A stretch of DNA of 64,000 nt from a bacterium (GCA_040756235.1 JBFLZG010000087.1:96001-160000); one strand, 5' to 3'. Numbered from the stretch's first letter, positions 1 to 9,596 are shown. The notes: generated by a model not told the origin, from the letters alone. A program made the numbers and translations.

Positions 1-414
1 CTCGAAGACATGCGTGCGGCCGGGAGGGGCTACGGAATCTTTGTCCTTCTGGAGACGGCTCAGATCGGCTATTTGCTGCTGCTGGCCGCGGCCGTGATCC
101 TGCTCCAGCAGGGCTTTCTGGAGAGCCAGGCAGCTTCGGTCGTGGGCCGGGCCGCATTTGCAGGAGTCCTGTTCATGGCCGGAGCGCTCGTGGGAAGCGA
201 GTTCCCTCTGGCCCATCAGGAGAGTGCAGGCAGAGAGCCGGCGCCGGGCTCCGGGAGGGCCGGAAGACTGTACGGCCTCGATCTGGCCGGAGCGTGTATC
301 GGAACCGCTCTGGTGGGCGTGTTCCTGGTGCCTGTCATGGGCGTCGTGCGGGTTCTGCTCCTGACCGCCGGGCTGAAAGGGCTGAGCTTGCTCCTGCTGG
401 GCCGCGCCCGATAG
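1..414 (+). CDS. C-terminal part of a membrane protein (spermidine-synthase/MFS-fusion-like), truncated by the window start
   Basis: Frame open from base 1; hydrophobic helices; GRLYGLDLAGACIG motif typical of these fusions. Confidence 0.55.
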   Translation, partial: LEDMRAAGRGYGIFVLLETAQIGYLLLLAAAVILLQQGFLESQAASVVGRAAFAGVLFMAGALVGSEFPLAHQESAGREPAPGSGRAGRLYGLDLAGACIGTALVGVFLVPVMGVVRVLLLTAGLKGLSLLLLGRAR

Positions 415-577
415 AGGCTGTCCAATAACGCCCATCTGCGGCGTTCGGCTCGTGGGGTAAGGAGGCCCGGGGGAAGCCTGCCCCGGCGCAAGCCGGGGTC
501 ATTGCGGCGTACTTCATGTACGCCTCATTCCTCAGGACTTCGCCGGCCTTGCATCTGGGCATTCTTGAACAGCCTCT
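413..577 (+). repeat. Non-autonomous MITE/REP-like element, copy A
   Basis: Terminal inverted repeats AGAGGCTGT...ACAGCCTCT; internal CCATCTGCGGCG and CCTTGCATCTGG blocks shared with other copies. Confidence 0.75.
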
Positions 578-676
578 CACTTCAGGGCTGTCGGAACAGG
601 CGCCCCATGGGCGAAAGTGGAAGTGAAAGGCGAAAGCAAGAGTCAGGATAGAAAAACAGCTCGTCCAGCTTCTGCT

Positions 677-1324
677 TCACCCTTTCCCTTTGACCTTTGC
701 ACTTGTCTGCGGCCTGGCAAAGGCGGCGAGCAGCGTGTAACCCGCATCGATCGCGTGGAATTCGACCTCCACCCGGGCCCGCCTGCGAAGGACGCGCAAC
801 GTCTCCTCCCAGTTGGCGTAGCTGTCCACGACGAGCTCCTCGCCCGTGGAGCGCGTGTAGCGCATGCAGCTCCCTCCCGGATAGCGGTCGGGCGGCACGC
901 CGGATCGATCCCAGCCGGCCAGACCGAGAGTGCCTCCGGGCCTCAAGACGCGCACCAGGTCTGCGATCCACTGTTCGACGTCGCGGATGTGGTCGACCAG
1001 GAGGCCGCACCATATGAAATCGAAGGAGCGCGCGCGGAAAGGAAGGCACCGGGCGTCCAGGCAGACCGGGCGGCAGCCATACCGGTCCGCAATCAAGGAG
1101 AGCATCTCCCGGATGAGATCCGCGCTCACCACCAGCGGGGCCTGGTCCGGTCGGAGCACGGGTCGCGGGCCGCATCCCAAGTCGAGGATCGAACGCGGCT
1201 TCCGGTCGTTGATGCGGGCGCGCACGAGTTCCCGCTGCTTCCGGAGGCACCCGGCCGTGATCGGATGGTGGACCGGGTCCGCGTACTCTTCCCAGACCTT
1301 CCCGTAGAATTCCCGGACGTCCAC
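677..1324 (-). CDS. Class I SAM-dependent methyltransferase
   Basis: ILDLGCG motif I; DARCLPF..SFD; LVRVLRPGG. Confidence 0.85.
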   Translation of the reverse strand: MDVREFYGKVWEEYADPVHHPITAGCLRKQRELVRARINDRKPRSILDLGCGPRPVLRPDQAPLVVSADLIREMLSLIADRYGCRPVCLDARCLPFRARSFDFIWCGLLVDHIRDVEQWIADLVRVLRPGGTLGLAGWDRSGVPPDRYPGGSCMRYTRSTGEELVVDSYANWEETLRVLRRRARVEVEFHAIDAGYTLLAAFARPQTSAKVKGKG

Positions 1325-1370
1325 CGCGCGCCCCTCCTCTCATGAGAGCATGCCGAAGGACACACTCTTA

Positions 1371-1529
1371 AGAGGCCGGTGAGAAATGGCCAGATGCAAG
1401 GCGCGCGAAATCCTGAGGAACGAGGCGTAGCCGGGACAGCCGTGGACCCCGGCCTCCGCCGGGGCGGGCTCCCCCCGGCTCCGTCCTCCATGAGCGCAAC
1501 GCCGCAGATGGCCGTTTGTCGACAGCCTC
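1371..1529 (-). repeat. MITE/REP-like element, copy B (inverted)
   Basis: GCCAGATGCAAGGCG and CGCCGCAGATGGCCGTTT...ACAGCCTC are reverse complements of the copy A/C blocks. Confidence 0.75.
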
Positions 1530-2457
1530 ATGAGAGTATGCCGATCCAGGCGGCCAATGTCAGGGGTGACAGAGCCGTGGTGGCCACGACGATGGCCGAA
1601 GCCAGGTTTTCGTCGCCGCCCATTTCCCGGGCCATGATGAAGCTGGTGACGGCCGTAGGCGAGCCCAGGAGGACGACGGCCATGACCAGAGAAGGAGTGG
1701 GCACGCCCGCCCTGACCAGGAAGAGCCATACCAGCGCTGGCAGCAAGACGAGCTTGAGGAACGCTGCCAGCAGGACCAAACCCATTCTGCGCGGCGCGGA
1801 CGAACCGCCGAGGGAACCCCCGACCGTGAGCAGGGCCAGTGGCAGGGTAGGGGCTGCCAGGTCTCTCAGGATGCGCGTGAGGGTGCCGGACAGCTCCCAG
1901 GTCGAAGCCGAGAAGGCCACTCCCAGAGCGCAGCCCAGAACGATCGGGTTGAGCGCAAGGCTCGCACCGATCCGCTTCCAGCTCGAGAAATCTCTCAGGG
2001 AGTGGTGGGGCAAGAGCAGGAAAAGGACCATCAGGAGGTTGATCATGAAGGCCTGAAAGGCGATGAAGACGGCGGCCTTTCCGAGGATCGGCTCCCCATA
2101 CAGGTTTAACAGGATCGCGAGCCCCACGAAGGCGAGATTGGAGCGGGACGCTCCCTGGGTGAGCACGCCGCGCTGAGCGGGAACGAGCCAGCGGGCGGTT
2201 GCGAGAAAGATCACGGTGCTGAAGAGCCCTACCGCGGCGAGGCTCCAGAGGATCAGGGCAGGATCGAAAGAGACGGAAAGGCGGGTCTCGGCGACTCCCA
2301 GGAACATGAGCGGCGGCAGGAGCACGTAGAAGACCAGCCGGGTGAGAGAGCGGACCGCGCTCTCGCTCAGAAACCCGGTTCGCCGAAGCAGGAAGCCGAG
2401 CCCCACGAGAAAGAACACCGGTACGACTTGCATGAGGGTCGGGAAAAAGGAGCTCAT
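1528..2457 (-). CDS. AEC (auxin efflux carrier) family transporter
   Basis: About 10 TM segments; LVFYVLLP, SNLAFVG, NPIVLG, KLVLLP, SPTAV motifs; start moved to ATG 2457 (SD GAGGAGG). Confidence 0.85.
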   Translation of the reverse strand: MSSFFPTLMQVVPVFFLVGLGFLLRRTGFLSESAVRSLTRLVFYVLLPPLMFLGVAETRLSVSFDPALILWSLAAVGLFSTVIFLATARWLVPAQRGVLTQGASRSNLAFVGLAILLNLYGEPILGKAAVFIAFQAFMINLLMVLFLLLPHHSLRDFSSWKRIGASLALNPIVLGCALGVAFSASTWELSGTLTRILRDLAAPTLPLALLTVGGSLGGSSAPRRMGLVLLAAFLKLVLLPALVWLFLVRAGVPTPSLVMAVVLLGSPTAVTSFIMAREMGGDENLASAIVVATTALSPLTLAAWIGILS

Positions 2458-2611
2458 CCTCCTCACCTGCTCGGGCCCGTGCACCGAGGGATTATACTGC
2501 CGCGGCATCGGAAAACAATCGGTGTCTGCGGGCGATCGTTGAGGCACAACACTCGGGCCGGTGGACGCCCGTATGTCCTGGAGAGTCGACCGGACCCGCT
2601 GTAGAATGGGA

Positions 2612-2823
2612 CAGGTGTCGGGTTTCAGGTATCAGGTTTCAGCACCGAGCCCCCGCGTCCACCCGGGGGCAGGCAGACAAGAGGATTTGGGAGGCGGGGC
2701 ATGGGTGGGGGCTGATGCCTGACACCTGGAGCCGGAGAACCGGGACCAGCGGCGAGGCCGACGCGTATTCCCGAGGGGCGGGTTGGGGTGGCCTGACAGC
2801 TGACACCTAATACCTGATACCTG
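2612..2823. repeat. Inverted arrays of degenerate 7-bp tandem repeats
   Basis: CAGGTGT-CGGGTTT-CAGGTAT-CAGGTTT (2612-2642) faces CTGACAG-CTGACAC-CTAATAC-CTGATAC (2793-2823). Confidence 0.65.
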
Positions 2824-2833
2824 GGGCTAGGCC

Positions 2834-3700
2834 TTGAGCGAATGCGTGGCTCCTGAATTCCTTTCGATCGGACACGTGACCCACGATCTGTCGGGCCGGG
2901 AGGTCCGCCTCGGGGGGGCGGCGCTGTACGCTTCCATTACGGCCCGCCGGCTCGGCAAGGAGGCCGCCCTGCTGACCTCCTTCGGCCCCGACTTCGGCGG
3001 CCGGGCGATACTCGAAGGGATTCGGACGAAGGTGGTTGGCGCCCCGTGCACCTCCACTTTCCGCAACGTATACCGGGGAGGGGAGCGATTCCAGAGCGTA
3101 CATGCCGTGGCCTCGACCCTCGACCTCCGGGGGCTTCCCTCGGGCTGGAAGAAAGCCGATCTCGTCTACCTGTGCCCCGTGCTCCACGAGATCCCGATGG
3201 CAGCCGGGGAGCGCTTTCCCGCATCCAGGATCGGCGTGGCCCCCCAGGGATGGCTGAGGGCCTGGGATGGAACGGGCAGGATCCGGTTCAGAAGATGGGA
3301 ACGGTTCGAACGGCTTCTCGAGCGGGCGACCCTGGTCATCGTGAGCGAAAAGGACGTCGAAGGGGATCCCGCCCTGGTGGACGCTTTCCGCAGCCTGGCC
3401 CCCATCTGCATCGTGACGAGGGCCGAAAAGGGGGCCTTCATCCATGCCGCCGGGCAGACGCTGCACGTGGGCGCCTACCCGGCCGCGGAGAGAGACCCGA
3501 CGGGCGCGGGCGACTGCTTCGGAGCCGCTTTTCTCATCCGCTACGCGACGACTGGGAACATCGAAGAGGCGGGCCGCTTCGCCGCGTGCGTGGGTGCCTT
3601 CGTGGTCGAAGGGGAAGGGGTGGCAGGCATCCCGGATCACGAGGCCGTGATCGCGCGCATGCGTAGCCACCCGGTTGCCGGCAGCCGGCCGCCCCGCTGA
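2834..3700 (+). CDS. PfkB/ribokinase family carbohydrate kinase
   Basis: N-terminal GGAALY and C-terminal DPTGAGDCF signatures. Confidence 0.9.
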   Translation: MSECVAPEFLSIGHVTHDLSGREVRLGGAALYASITARRLGKEAALLTSFGPDFGGRAILEGIRTKVVGAPCTSTFRNVYRGGERFQSVHAVASTLDLRGLPSGWKKADLVYLCPVLHEIPMAAGERFPASRIGVAPQGWLRAWDGTGRIRFRRWERFERLLERATLVIVSEKDVEGDPALVDAFRSLAPICIVTRAEKGAFIHAAGQTLHVGAYPAAERDPTGAGDCFGAAFLIRYATTGNIEEAGRFAACVGAFVVEGEGVAGIPDHEAVIARMRSHPVAGSRPPR

Positions 3701-3705
3701 GAACG

Positions 3706-3826
3706 GTTGCCAGTTCTCAGTTGTCAGTCGTCAGTGAGAAGAGCCCCCGTCTCGCACGACCCCGTTGCCCCGGAGTCGGTTATCTCGTTTTCGGTCTCGG
3801 GGCACGGGGGAGGCCTGACAACTGAC
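3706..3826. repeat. 7-bp tandem repeats with inverted partner
   Basis: GTTGCCA-GTTCTCA-GTTGTCA-GTCGTCA (3706-3735) and CTGACAACTGAC (3815-3826). Confidence 0.55.
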
Positions 3827-3838
3827 GGCCCAGCCTTT

Positions 3839-5455
3839 TTAATGGAATTCCCACTCGATAAACGGCTCCTTCAGCTCCGTCAGCGAGTTGGCGATCAGCT
3901 CCACGAGCCCGCCGTACAGGATCTTGCACCTGTCCCAGGCTTCGTAGTGGGTGAGCAGATCCCTCATCTGGCCCTTGCAGTTGGAGCACGGGGCGCACAC
4001 GTACTTGGGCGTCTCCGGGCCGATCTTGTCCTGAAAGGCGTTGAGGATCTGCTTGAGCTTCATCCGCCCGGCGATCTTGTTGCGCCAACCCGGGAAATTG
4101 CCGCCCTGCATGATGGCGAAGCCGCTGCCGCCGCCGCAGCAGTAGTTGTCCACACCGTGAGGGGTCATCTCCCGGAACTGCGGACAGATCTTGTTGAGGA
4201 TGCGCCGCTGCGGCATGACGATCCCCATGTTTCGGACGATGTTGCAGGGATCGTGGAGGGTCACGGGGAAATCGTTCCGTGACGGGTCGGTCTTGAGCTT
4301 CCCGTTGCAGACCAGGTCCTCGAGAACCGGGAAGCAGCTTTCCCTGGGTATGTTCAGATCTCCCAGGAAGATGCGGTCCGAGATCGGCATGAACGCCTTG
4401 TGGGCATGGCCGCACTCGCCCTGAAGCACCTTCTTGACCTTCAGCTTCTTGGCGATCTGGGCGTGGGTCAGCGCGATCCGGGCGAGCTGAACGTCGTCGT
4501 AGAAGAGCCCGTAGTTGACGGAGTCGTAACCCACGAGATCGCTGGACATGGTCCAGCTCACGCCGGCCAGCTCGAAAATGATGGCAAAGGCCTGCAGGTT
4601 TTCCGGCCACGAGAGGAATTCACCGGCGTTGTGCATGACCAGGTACTCGGCCCCTTCCTTGTCGAAGGGGATCTTGATGGTCATGCCGAACTTGTCCTGG
4701 ATGTCTTCCTCGGCAAACTCGATGATGTCCATCAGGGCCGTCGGGCTCATGCCGGTGGAGGACCCTGTCTTGAGCTGCTTGACCGTGCCGGAGCCATGGA
4801 GCTCTTCGACCTGGATGCCCAGCTCCTGGCTGAAAAGCTTGCGGATCTCCCGAGCGATCAGTCCGTTGTCCACGCCGATCGGGCAGGTCTGGGCGCAGCG
4901 CCTGCAGAGGTTGCACCGGTAGGCGCTCTCGGCAAGCCGGGCGAGCGTCTCCCAGTTCAGATCCACGTCGTTGCCCCGGAACTTGGGGAAGACCTTTCCG
5001 CCCGGCTTCAGGTACTTGTTGATGATCCTGCGGAGAGCCTCGGAGCGGAAGGTGGGCCGGTAGATCTCTGCCCGCCCGCTGGCCTCGTAGATGTGGCAGG
5101 CGTCGTTGCAGGTCTGGCACTTCACGCAGTTCTCCATGGAGAGCAGGAGCGGCTGGAGGAAGGTCCAGTTGTTCTCTTTGGAAAGGAGCTTTCCCAGCCC
5201 TTCCAGGAAGTTGGCCACCGCCTTTTCGGCTTCTTCCTGGGTGGCAGGCTTGGGGATCCCGGCCGCCGAAACCCCGTCCAGAGAGTGCTCGATTCGCTTC
5301 TTCCGCTCCCCTCCGAGTTGCTCCATTTCGCCGTCGTCCCAGTCCTCGTAAGGATGGGGCAGCTTCATGAAGTCCTTGGGATCCAGCTCCACCAGAGGCT
5401 CGGATCCGGAAGATTTCGACAGGTCACGTATTCTCGTTTGTTGCGCGGACTTCAT
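3839..5455 (-). CDS. DsrK/HdrD-like Fe-S protein with CCG domain (paralog of dsrK)
   Basis: CVKCQTCNDAC and CNLCRRCAQTC [4Fe-4S] motifs; GECGH, HDPCN, CCGGGSG, CSNC; start ATG 5455 overlaps the upstream stop. Confidence 0.85.
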   Translation of the reverse strand: MKSAQQTRIRDLSKSSGSEPLVELDPKDFMKLPHPYEDWDDGEMEQLGGERKKRIEHSLDGVSAAGIPKPATQEEAEKAVANFLEGLGKLLSKENNWTFLQPLLLSMENCVKCQTCNDACHIYEASGRAEIYRPTFRSEALRRIINKYLKPGGKVFPKFRGNDVDLNWETLARLAESAYRCNLCRRCAQTCPIGVDNGLIAREIRKLFSQELGIQVEELHGSGTVKQLKTGSSTGMSPTALMDIIEFAEEDIQDKFGMTIKIPFDKEGAEYLVMHNAGEFLSWPENLQAFAIIFELAGVSWTMSSDLVGYDSVNYGLFYDDVQLARIALTHAQIAKKLKVKKVLQGECGHAHKAFMPISDRIFLGDLNIPRESCFPVLEDLVCNGKLKTDPSRNDFPVTLHDPCNIVRNMGIVMPQRRILNKICPQFREMTPHGVDNYCCGGGSGFAIMQGGNFPGWRNKIAGRMKLKQILNAFQDKIGPETPKYVCAPCSNCKGQMRDLLTHYEAWDRCKILYGGLVELIANSLTELKEPFIEWEFH

Positions 5456-6384
5456 TTCGATCCCTCCGCAGGCATTCCACCGGTTGCGTTTTCCGCCCAC
5501 GTTTTTCCCGTCCGGACATGGGGCCCCTTCCAGCTCACGCCGAAGTTGAGGGCCGCCTTCATCTTTTCCTCGAAGGGCCCTCCGCGGAGGTTGGGGGAGT
5601 CCTCCCAGCGGACTTGGTGATAAGTAAAGTACTTGGCGAACAAGTGCGTCATTCGGGTGAAGGGCATGTAGAGCAGGAAGCCTGCGAAAAGGGCCAGCTC
5701 CAGCAGGATCGGCGCAGAGGAAGCGGGCAGGGGCCGGAACAGAGCAAGCGCGCCGGCGATCTGCCTCGAGGTCGCAAAAGTCTGATCCGTGAAGAGCCAG
5801 GCGATCAGGGCCGCAACGAGCAGGACCAGGATATAGCCCAGGTTTGCAAAATCGGCGGGGACCGTCATGGGGCGCAACGCAGGGTCGTTCGACCTCTTGA
5901 TGAGCAGCCACGTGCACCCGAAGAGAGCAAGGGTCAGGCCTGCGTAACCGACGAGGATCGTCGCGTAGAAGAGCGCTCTGCCGATGATCGAGCTGGCGTC
6001 GGCGCCGATGGACAGACCCGCCCATTCGGCCAGGCCGCCGAGGAGGAGAAGCCCGATCAGCCCGACCAGAAGATACAGGCCGAGGTGGAACGGATAGGAG
6101 GCGAACCAGAGGTTCCGGTTGTGATGGTAAACGCCTTTGAGGAGAAAAATCTCCGATGCCATGGCGGTCAGCTCGGAGACCAGGCTCTTCTTGGGGGGCG
6201 ATTTCCACCACTCCAGCTCCTCGAAGTAAGACCCGCCGTATTTGCTCTTCTCCGCCTCGTGGGCCACCGGATAGAGCTCCCAACGAAGATGGGGCGGCGT
6301 GGTGGAATACTTCCAAATTCTCGCGCCCACGGCCAGGACGCATACGACGACCGCCAGGTAAACCAGGAGCTGCACCATTGGCAT
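5452..6384 (-). CDS. DsrM/NarI-like membrane cytochrome b subunit
   Basis: Multiple TM helices; LRWELYP, PFHLG, PFTRMTHLF; translationally coupled to the DsrK-like gene. Confidence 0.8.
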   Translation of the reverse strand: MPMVQLLVYLAVVVCVLAVGARIWKYSTTPPHLRWELYPVAHEAEKSKYGGSYFEELEWWKSPPKKSLVSELTAMASEIFLLKGVYHHNRNLWFASYPFHLGLYLLVGLIGLLLLGGLAEWAGLSIGADASSIIGRALFYATILVGYAGLTLALFGCTWLLIKRSNDPALRPMTVPADFANLGYILVLLVAALIAWLFTDQTFATSRQIAGALALFRPLPASSAPILLELALFAGFLLYMPFTRMTHLFAKYFTYHQVRWEDSPNLRGGPFEEKMKAALNFGVSWKGPHVRTGKTWAENATGGMPAEGSK

Positions 6385-6504
6385 CTTCTCTCCACCTCCG
6401 TCTGCTTTGGTTGAAAATGCACGCCGAGAAGCCTGCACCGCACAGCTTCTCTTCCTCTCTCGAGACAGGCTGTCGAGACGGGGAAAACGTTAATTAACGG
6501 CCCC

Positions 6505-7854
6505 TCACGGCCGGATCCCCATGCGTTTCATCCTGCGCCAGAGCGTCGTTCGGTCGACTCCGAGCTCCTGGGCCGCCCGCTTTCGGTTCCATCGGTTTCG
6601 GATCAGGGCCCCCAGGATTCTCTCTCTCGCGCTTCCTGCAGCGTCGGCGGCAGCCCGTGCATGTCGGGGGCCGGGCTTCCTCATGAGGCCCTTGTGGGCC
6701 TGAGTCAACGCAGGAAGCTCCTCCGGCTTGAGCTGGCGATCCCGTGCGGAAGCATGTCCGGTCCTGAGGATCTCGTCCAGTTCATGGATGTTCCCGGGGA
6801 ATGGATGGCTCTGGAGCGCGCGGGCCACTTCTGCGTCGAATCCGCTCACCTCTTTGCCGGTCTCCAGACTGATGCGCCACAGGATATCTCTTGCCAGCGT
6901 GAGGATGTCCTCTCGCCGGTCTCGGAGCGCCGGCACCTGAATCTTGAATACGTTGAGACAATAGAAGAGGCTCTGGGGGAAGGTGCCTTCCTTGACCTTC
7001 TTTTCCAGGTCCGCCTGGGTCGAAGCGATGAGGCGGATGTCCGAGCTCACGACGCTCTCTGCCCCAGGTGGCCTGTACTCCCCTTCTTCCATCGCTTTGA
7101 ACAGACTTACCTGGAGCGGATAAGGGAGCTCTTCGATCTCCTCGAGAAAAAGCGTTCCCCGATGCGCTCTCTCGAGGGAGCCCGGCTGCCCGGCGCCTGC
7201 CGGTCCCCCGGGATGCTTCCAGGTCCCCAGGAGTTCCCGCGTGAGAGTTTCCGGGTCCTTTTCGCGGCAGGAGACGTGGCAGTACGGCCCCAGAGCCCTC
7301 CCGCTGAGCAGATGAATGGCTCTGGCCAGCTCGCGCTTCTCGGTTCCCGGCTCTCCCTGGAGAAGAACGGGCGCGTCGCTTCCCGCGAGGTCCGGCAAAA
7401 TCGCATACAACCGGGCGAGCCTCTCGTCGCGCCCCATCTTTCTTCGCAGCTCGAAGAGAATCAGCTCCTGGCGTGTCCCCTCATCCGGGTCCGTAACCAC
7501 CTGAAAGGTCTGCAGGCCCCCGATGATATTCCCTTCCCTGTCCCTGAGTGGAGAGGACTGGATCCGGATCGGAACCGCTCGGTCGGACCGGTCGAGAATG
7601 TGCACCTGGTTGTCGAAGAACTCCTTTCCCGTGCTTATGGACCGGCGGATGATGCAGCGCGATTCGCAGATCTCGGTTCGAAACACGTCTGCGCAGCGCT
7701 TGCCCAGGATATGACTCCTCCTGTACCCAGTGATCTCTTCCGCCTTCTGGTTGAAATACGTGATCTGACAACTCGGATCTACCGCGAACACGCCCTCGGG
7801 GATGCTCTCCAGGATCTGCAGAGGGCTCATGTTCTCCTTGTTGTCAGCTGGCAT
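6505..7854 (-). CDS. PAS + AAA+ + Fis-HTH sigma54-activator-like protein with degenerate catalytic motifs
   Basis: PAS domain; Walker A GEPGTEKR; Walker B LFLEEI; GAFTGA absent (WKHPGGPAGA); HTH AAQELGVDRTTLWRRM. Confidence 0.85.
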   Translation of the reverse strand: MPADNKENMSPLQILESIPEGVFAVDPSCQITYFNQKAEEITGYRRSHILGKRCADVFRTEICESRCIIRRSISTGKEFFDNQVHILDRSDRAVPIRIQSSPLRDREGNIIGGLQTFQVVTDPDEGTRQELILFELRRKMGRDERLARLYAILPDLAGSDAPVLLQGEPGTEKRELARAIHLLSGRALGPYCHVSCREKDPETLTRELLGTWKHPGGPAGAGQPGSLERAHRGTLFLEEIEELPYPLQVSLFKAMEEGEYRPPGAESVVSSDIRLIASTQADLEKKVKEGTFPQSLFYCLNVFKIQVPALRDRREDILTLARDILWRISLETGKEVSGFDAEVARALQSHPFPGNIHELDEILRTGHASARDRQLKPEELPALTQAHKGLMRKPGPRHARAAADAAGSARERILGALIRNRWNRKRAAQELGVDRTTLWRRMKRMGIRP

Positions 7855-7887
7855 CGCCAACCTCCGGGATCAAGAGGCAGGCTGATA

Positions 7888-7903
7888 AGCAAGAGAGATG
7901 CCA
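7888..7903 (-). promoter_or_regulatory. sigma54 -24/-12 promoter
   Basis: TGGCATCTCTCTTGCT on the minus strand with correct GG-N10-GC spacing, 34 nt before ATG 7854. Confidence 0.85.
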
Positions 7904-7910
7904 TGGATTA

Positions 7911-7923
7911 TAAGAACCTGATT
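7911..7923 (-). promoter_or_regulatory. IHF binding site
   Basis: AATCAGGTTCTTA fits WATCAR-N4-TTR and lies between the promoter and the UAS. Confidence 0.65.
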
Positions 7924-7991
7924 TCCTTTACAGAACAACGTATAAGCAAGAGTGACGTGCCTTTGCTGTGGCGCCGCTGGATGGCGGAATC

Positions 7992-8086
7992 TGAAACAAA
8001 TTGAAACAGGTTTACCGCCGGATGGCCTCCGAATTGCCTGTTTGACCAGCTGCAACGCCATGCAACATATGAAACAAAGTGTTTCG
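7992..8086. promoter_or_regulatory. Upstream activator sequences (TG[A/C]AAC[A/G] half-sites)
   Basis: Half-sites at 7992, 8002, 8051, 8061 and 8070; near-palindrome TGAAACA-AAG-TGTTTCG at 8070-8086. Confidence 0.65.
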
Positions 8087-8092
8087 TGTGAA

Positions 8093-9466
8093 TCAAGAGG
8101 TTTTCTGCATGCGCCGGATTCTACGCCAGAGGGTCGTGCGGCTGACGCCCAGCGCACGGGCGGCGGCCTGCCGGTTCCATCGGTGGCTCTTCAATGTCTC
8201 CAGGATTTCATCCCTTTCGACCTGGCGGAGATCTCTGGCGGGAATCGAAGCCGGGCTTTCCCTGGCGCCGTGAGAACGCTTCAGCAGATAGGCTGGAAGG
8301 TGGCCAGGCTCGATGACGATCCCCTTGCACACGATCGTGGCATATTCCAGGATATTCTCCAGCTCCCGGATGTTCCCCGGATAGGGGTAGGAGCGAAGGA
8401 TCTCTTCGGCCTCCGGGGAGAGGCCTCCGATGCGCTTGTTCCTCTTCTGGTTCAGGCGTTCGAGGAAATGACGGATCAGCAGGGGGAGGTCCTCGCGGCG
8501 CTGGCGCAGCGGCGGGACATCTATGTGGACCACGTGTATGCGGAAGAACAGGTCCCGCCGGAACCGCCCTCTCTCCATCTGCTCGAACAAATCCTTGTTG
8601 GTGGCGGTGACGATCCGGACATCGGCCCGCACGGTCTCGGTGCTGCCCAGGGGCTGGTGCTCACCCCCTTCGATAGCGCGCAGGAGCTTGACCTGCAGCT
8701 CCAGTGGGAGGTCTCCGATCTCGTCCAGGAAGAGCGTCCCTCCGTCCGCAAGGGCGAATCTGCCGGGCTTGTTTTCCTTGGCATCGGTGAAAGCGCCTCT
8801 CCTGTATCCAAACAGCTCGGATTCCATCAGGGTGTCCGGCAGGGCTCCGCAGTTGACCGCCACATAGGGCTTCTCACGTCGGGCGCTGAGCTCGTGGATG
8901 GCGCGGGCGAGCAACTCCTTCCCGGTTCCGCTTTCACCGCTCAGGAGGACGGGGGAGTCACTCCGGGCCAGGTCCCTCAGGTGATGGAGAATGGACAACA
9001 TGGCCGGGTCCTGGGTGATGATGTTCTTCAAGGGTCCCCGCTGCCCCTCCGGCTCTTGAGAGGCGCTGAGACTCAGGTCCCGAAAAGTCTCGACCGACCC
9101 GATCACCCGCCCGTTCGGATCCCGCAGGGCCGTCATGCTCACCGAGACCGGCAGGGGCCTCCCCCATTTGTTGCGGATGCACACCTCCAAGTTTGCCGTG
9201 CTCTCTTGACGCAGAGCGCGCTCGAGGGGGCAGTCCGCGGTTCCGCACAGGTCGGTCTGGAAGACGATCCGGCAGGGCTTGCCAAGGACCTCCTCTTTCT
9301 GGAATCCCGTGATCCCTTCGGCCGCACGGTTGAACCAGGCGATCAGGCCCTGCCCGTCCAGCGCCATCACCCCGTCCGGGACGTTGTCCAGAATCATTCT
9401 GCAGGGAGCCGGGCACTTCTTATCCCTGCACGCCAGAGCATCTTGAAAGCAGCTCGTGCCGTCCAT
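8093..9466 (-). CDS. PAS-domain sigma54-dependent activator (intact bEBP)
   Basis: GESGTGKE, ESELFG, GAFTDA, LFLDEIGD, PGNIREL, Fis HTH; Cys-rich N-terminus and PAS. Confidence 0.92.
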   Translation of the reverse strand: MDGTSCFQDALACRDKKCPAPCRMILDNVPDGVMALDGQGLIAWFNRAAEGITGFQKEEVLGKPCRIVFQTDLCGTADCPLERALRQESTANLEVCIRNKWGRPLPVSVSMTALRDPNGRVIGSVETFRDLSLSASQEPEGQRGPLKNIITQDPAMLSILHHLRDLARSDSPVLLSGESGTGKELLARAIHELSARREKPYVAVNCGALPDTLMESELFGYRRGAFTDAKENKPGRFALADGGTLFLDEIGDLPLELQVKLLRAIEGGEHQPLGSTETVRADVRIVTATNKDLFEQMERGRFRRDLFFRIHVVHIDVPPLRQRREDLPLLIRHFLERLNQKRNKRIGGLSPEAEEILRSYPYPGNIRELENILEYATIVCKGIVIEPGHLPAYLLKRSHGARESPASIPARDLRQVERDEILETLKSHRWNRQAAARALGVSRTTLWRRIRRMQKTS

Positions 9467-9521
9467 GTTCTCGTGTGTTGTCCGGGCTCTCAGACATTCT
9501 CGGTAACGATTGTTGCAGACT

Positions 9522-9550
9522 ATGATACGATTTGCACCAAAACGTTGCAA
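9522..9550 (-). promoter_or_regulatory. sigma70-type promoter of the bEBP gene, overlapped/flanked by TGCAAC half-sites
   Basis: TTGCAA-N17-TATCAT on the minus strand; TGTTGCA at 9511 and CGTTGCA at 9543. Confidence 0.5.
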
Positions 9551-9596
9551 GACAGGCGACGAGACGATCGAGGATCAGGGAAGCTCGGAGGTCGGT

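Noticed and set aside
2612..2823. CRISPR array
   Set aside because: Repeats are 7-bp degenerate units without spacers; no cas genes and no regular repeat-spacer array anywhere in the window
3839..6343. 834-aa ORF suggesting a DsrM-DsrK fusion
   Set aside because: The N-terminal part is an alternate frame of the DsrM-like gene; the real start is ATG 5455 with an SD
7945..7961. Second sigma54-like sequence GGCACGTCACTCTTGCT (minus strand)
   Set aside because: GG-to-GC spacing is two bases too long
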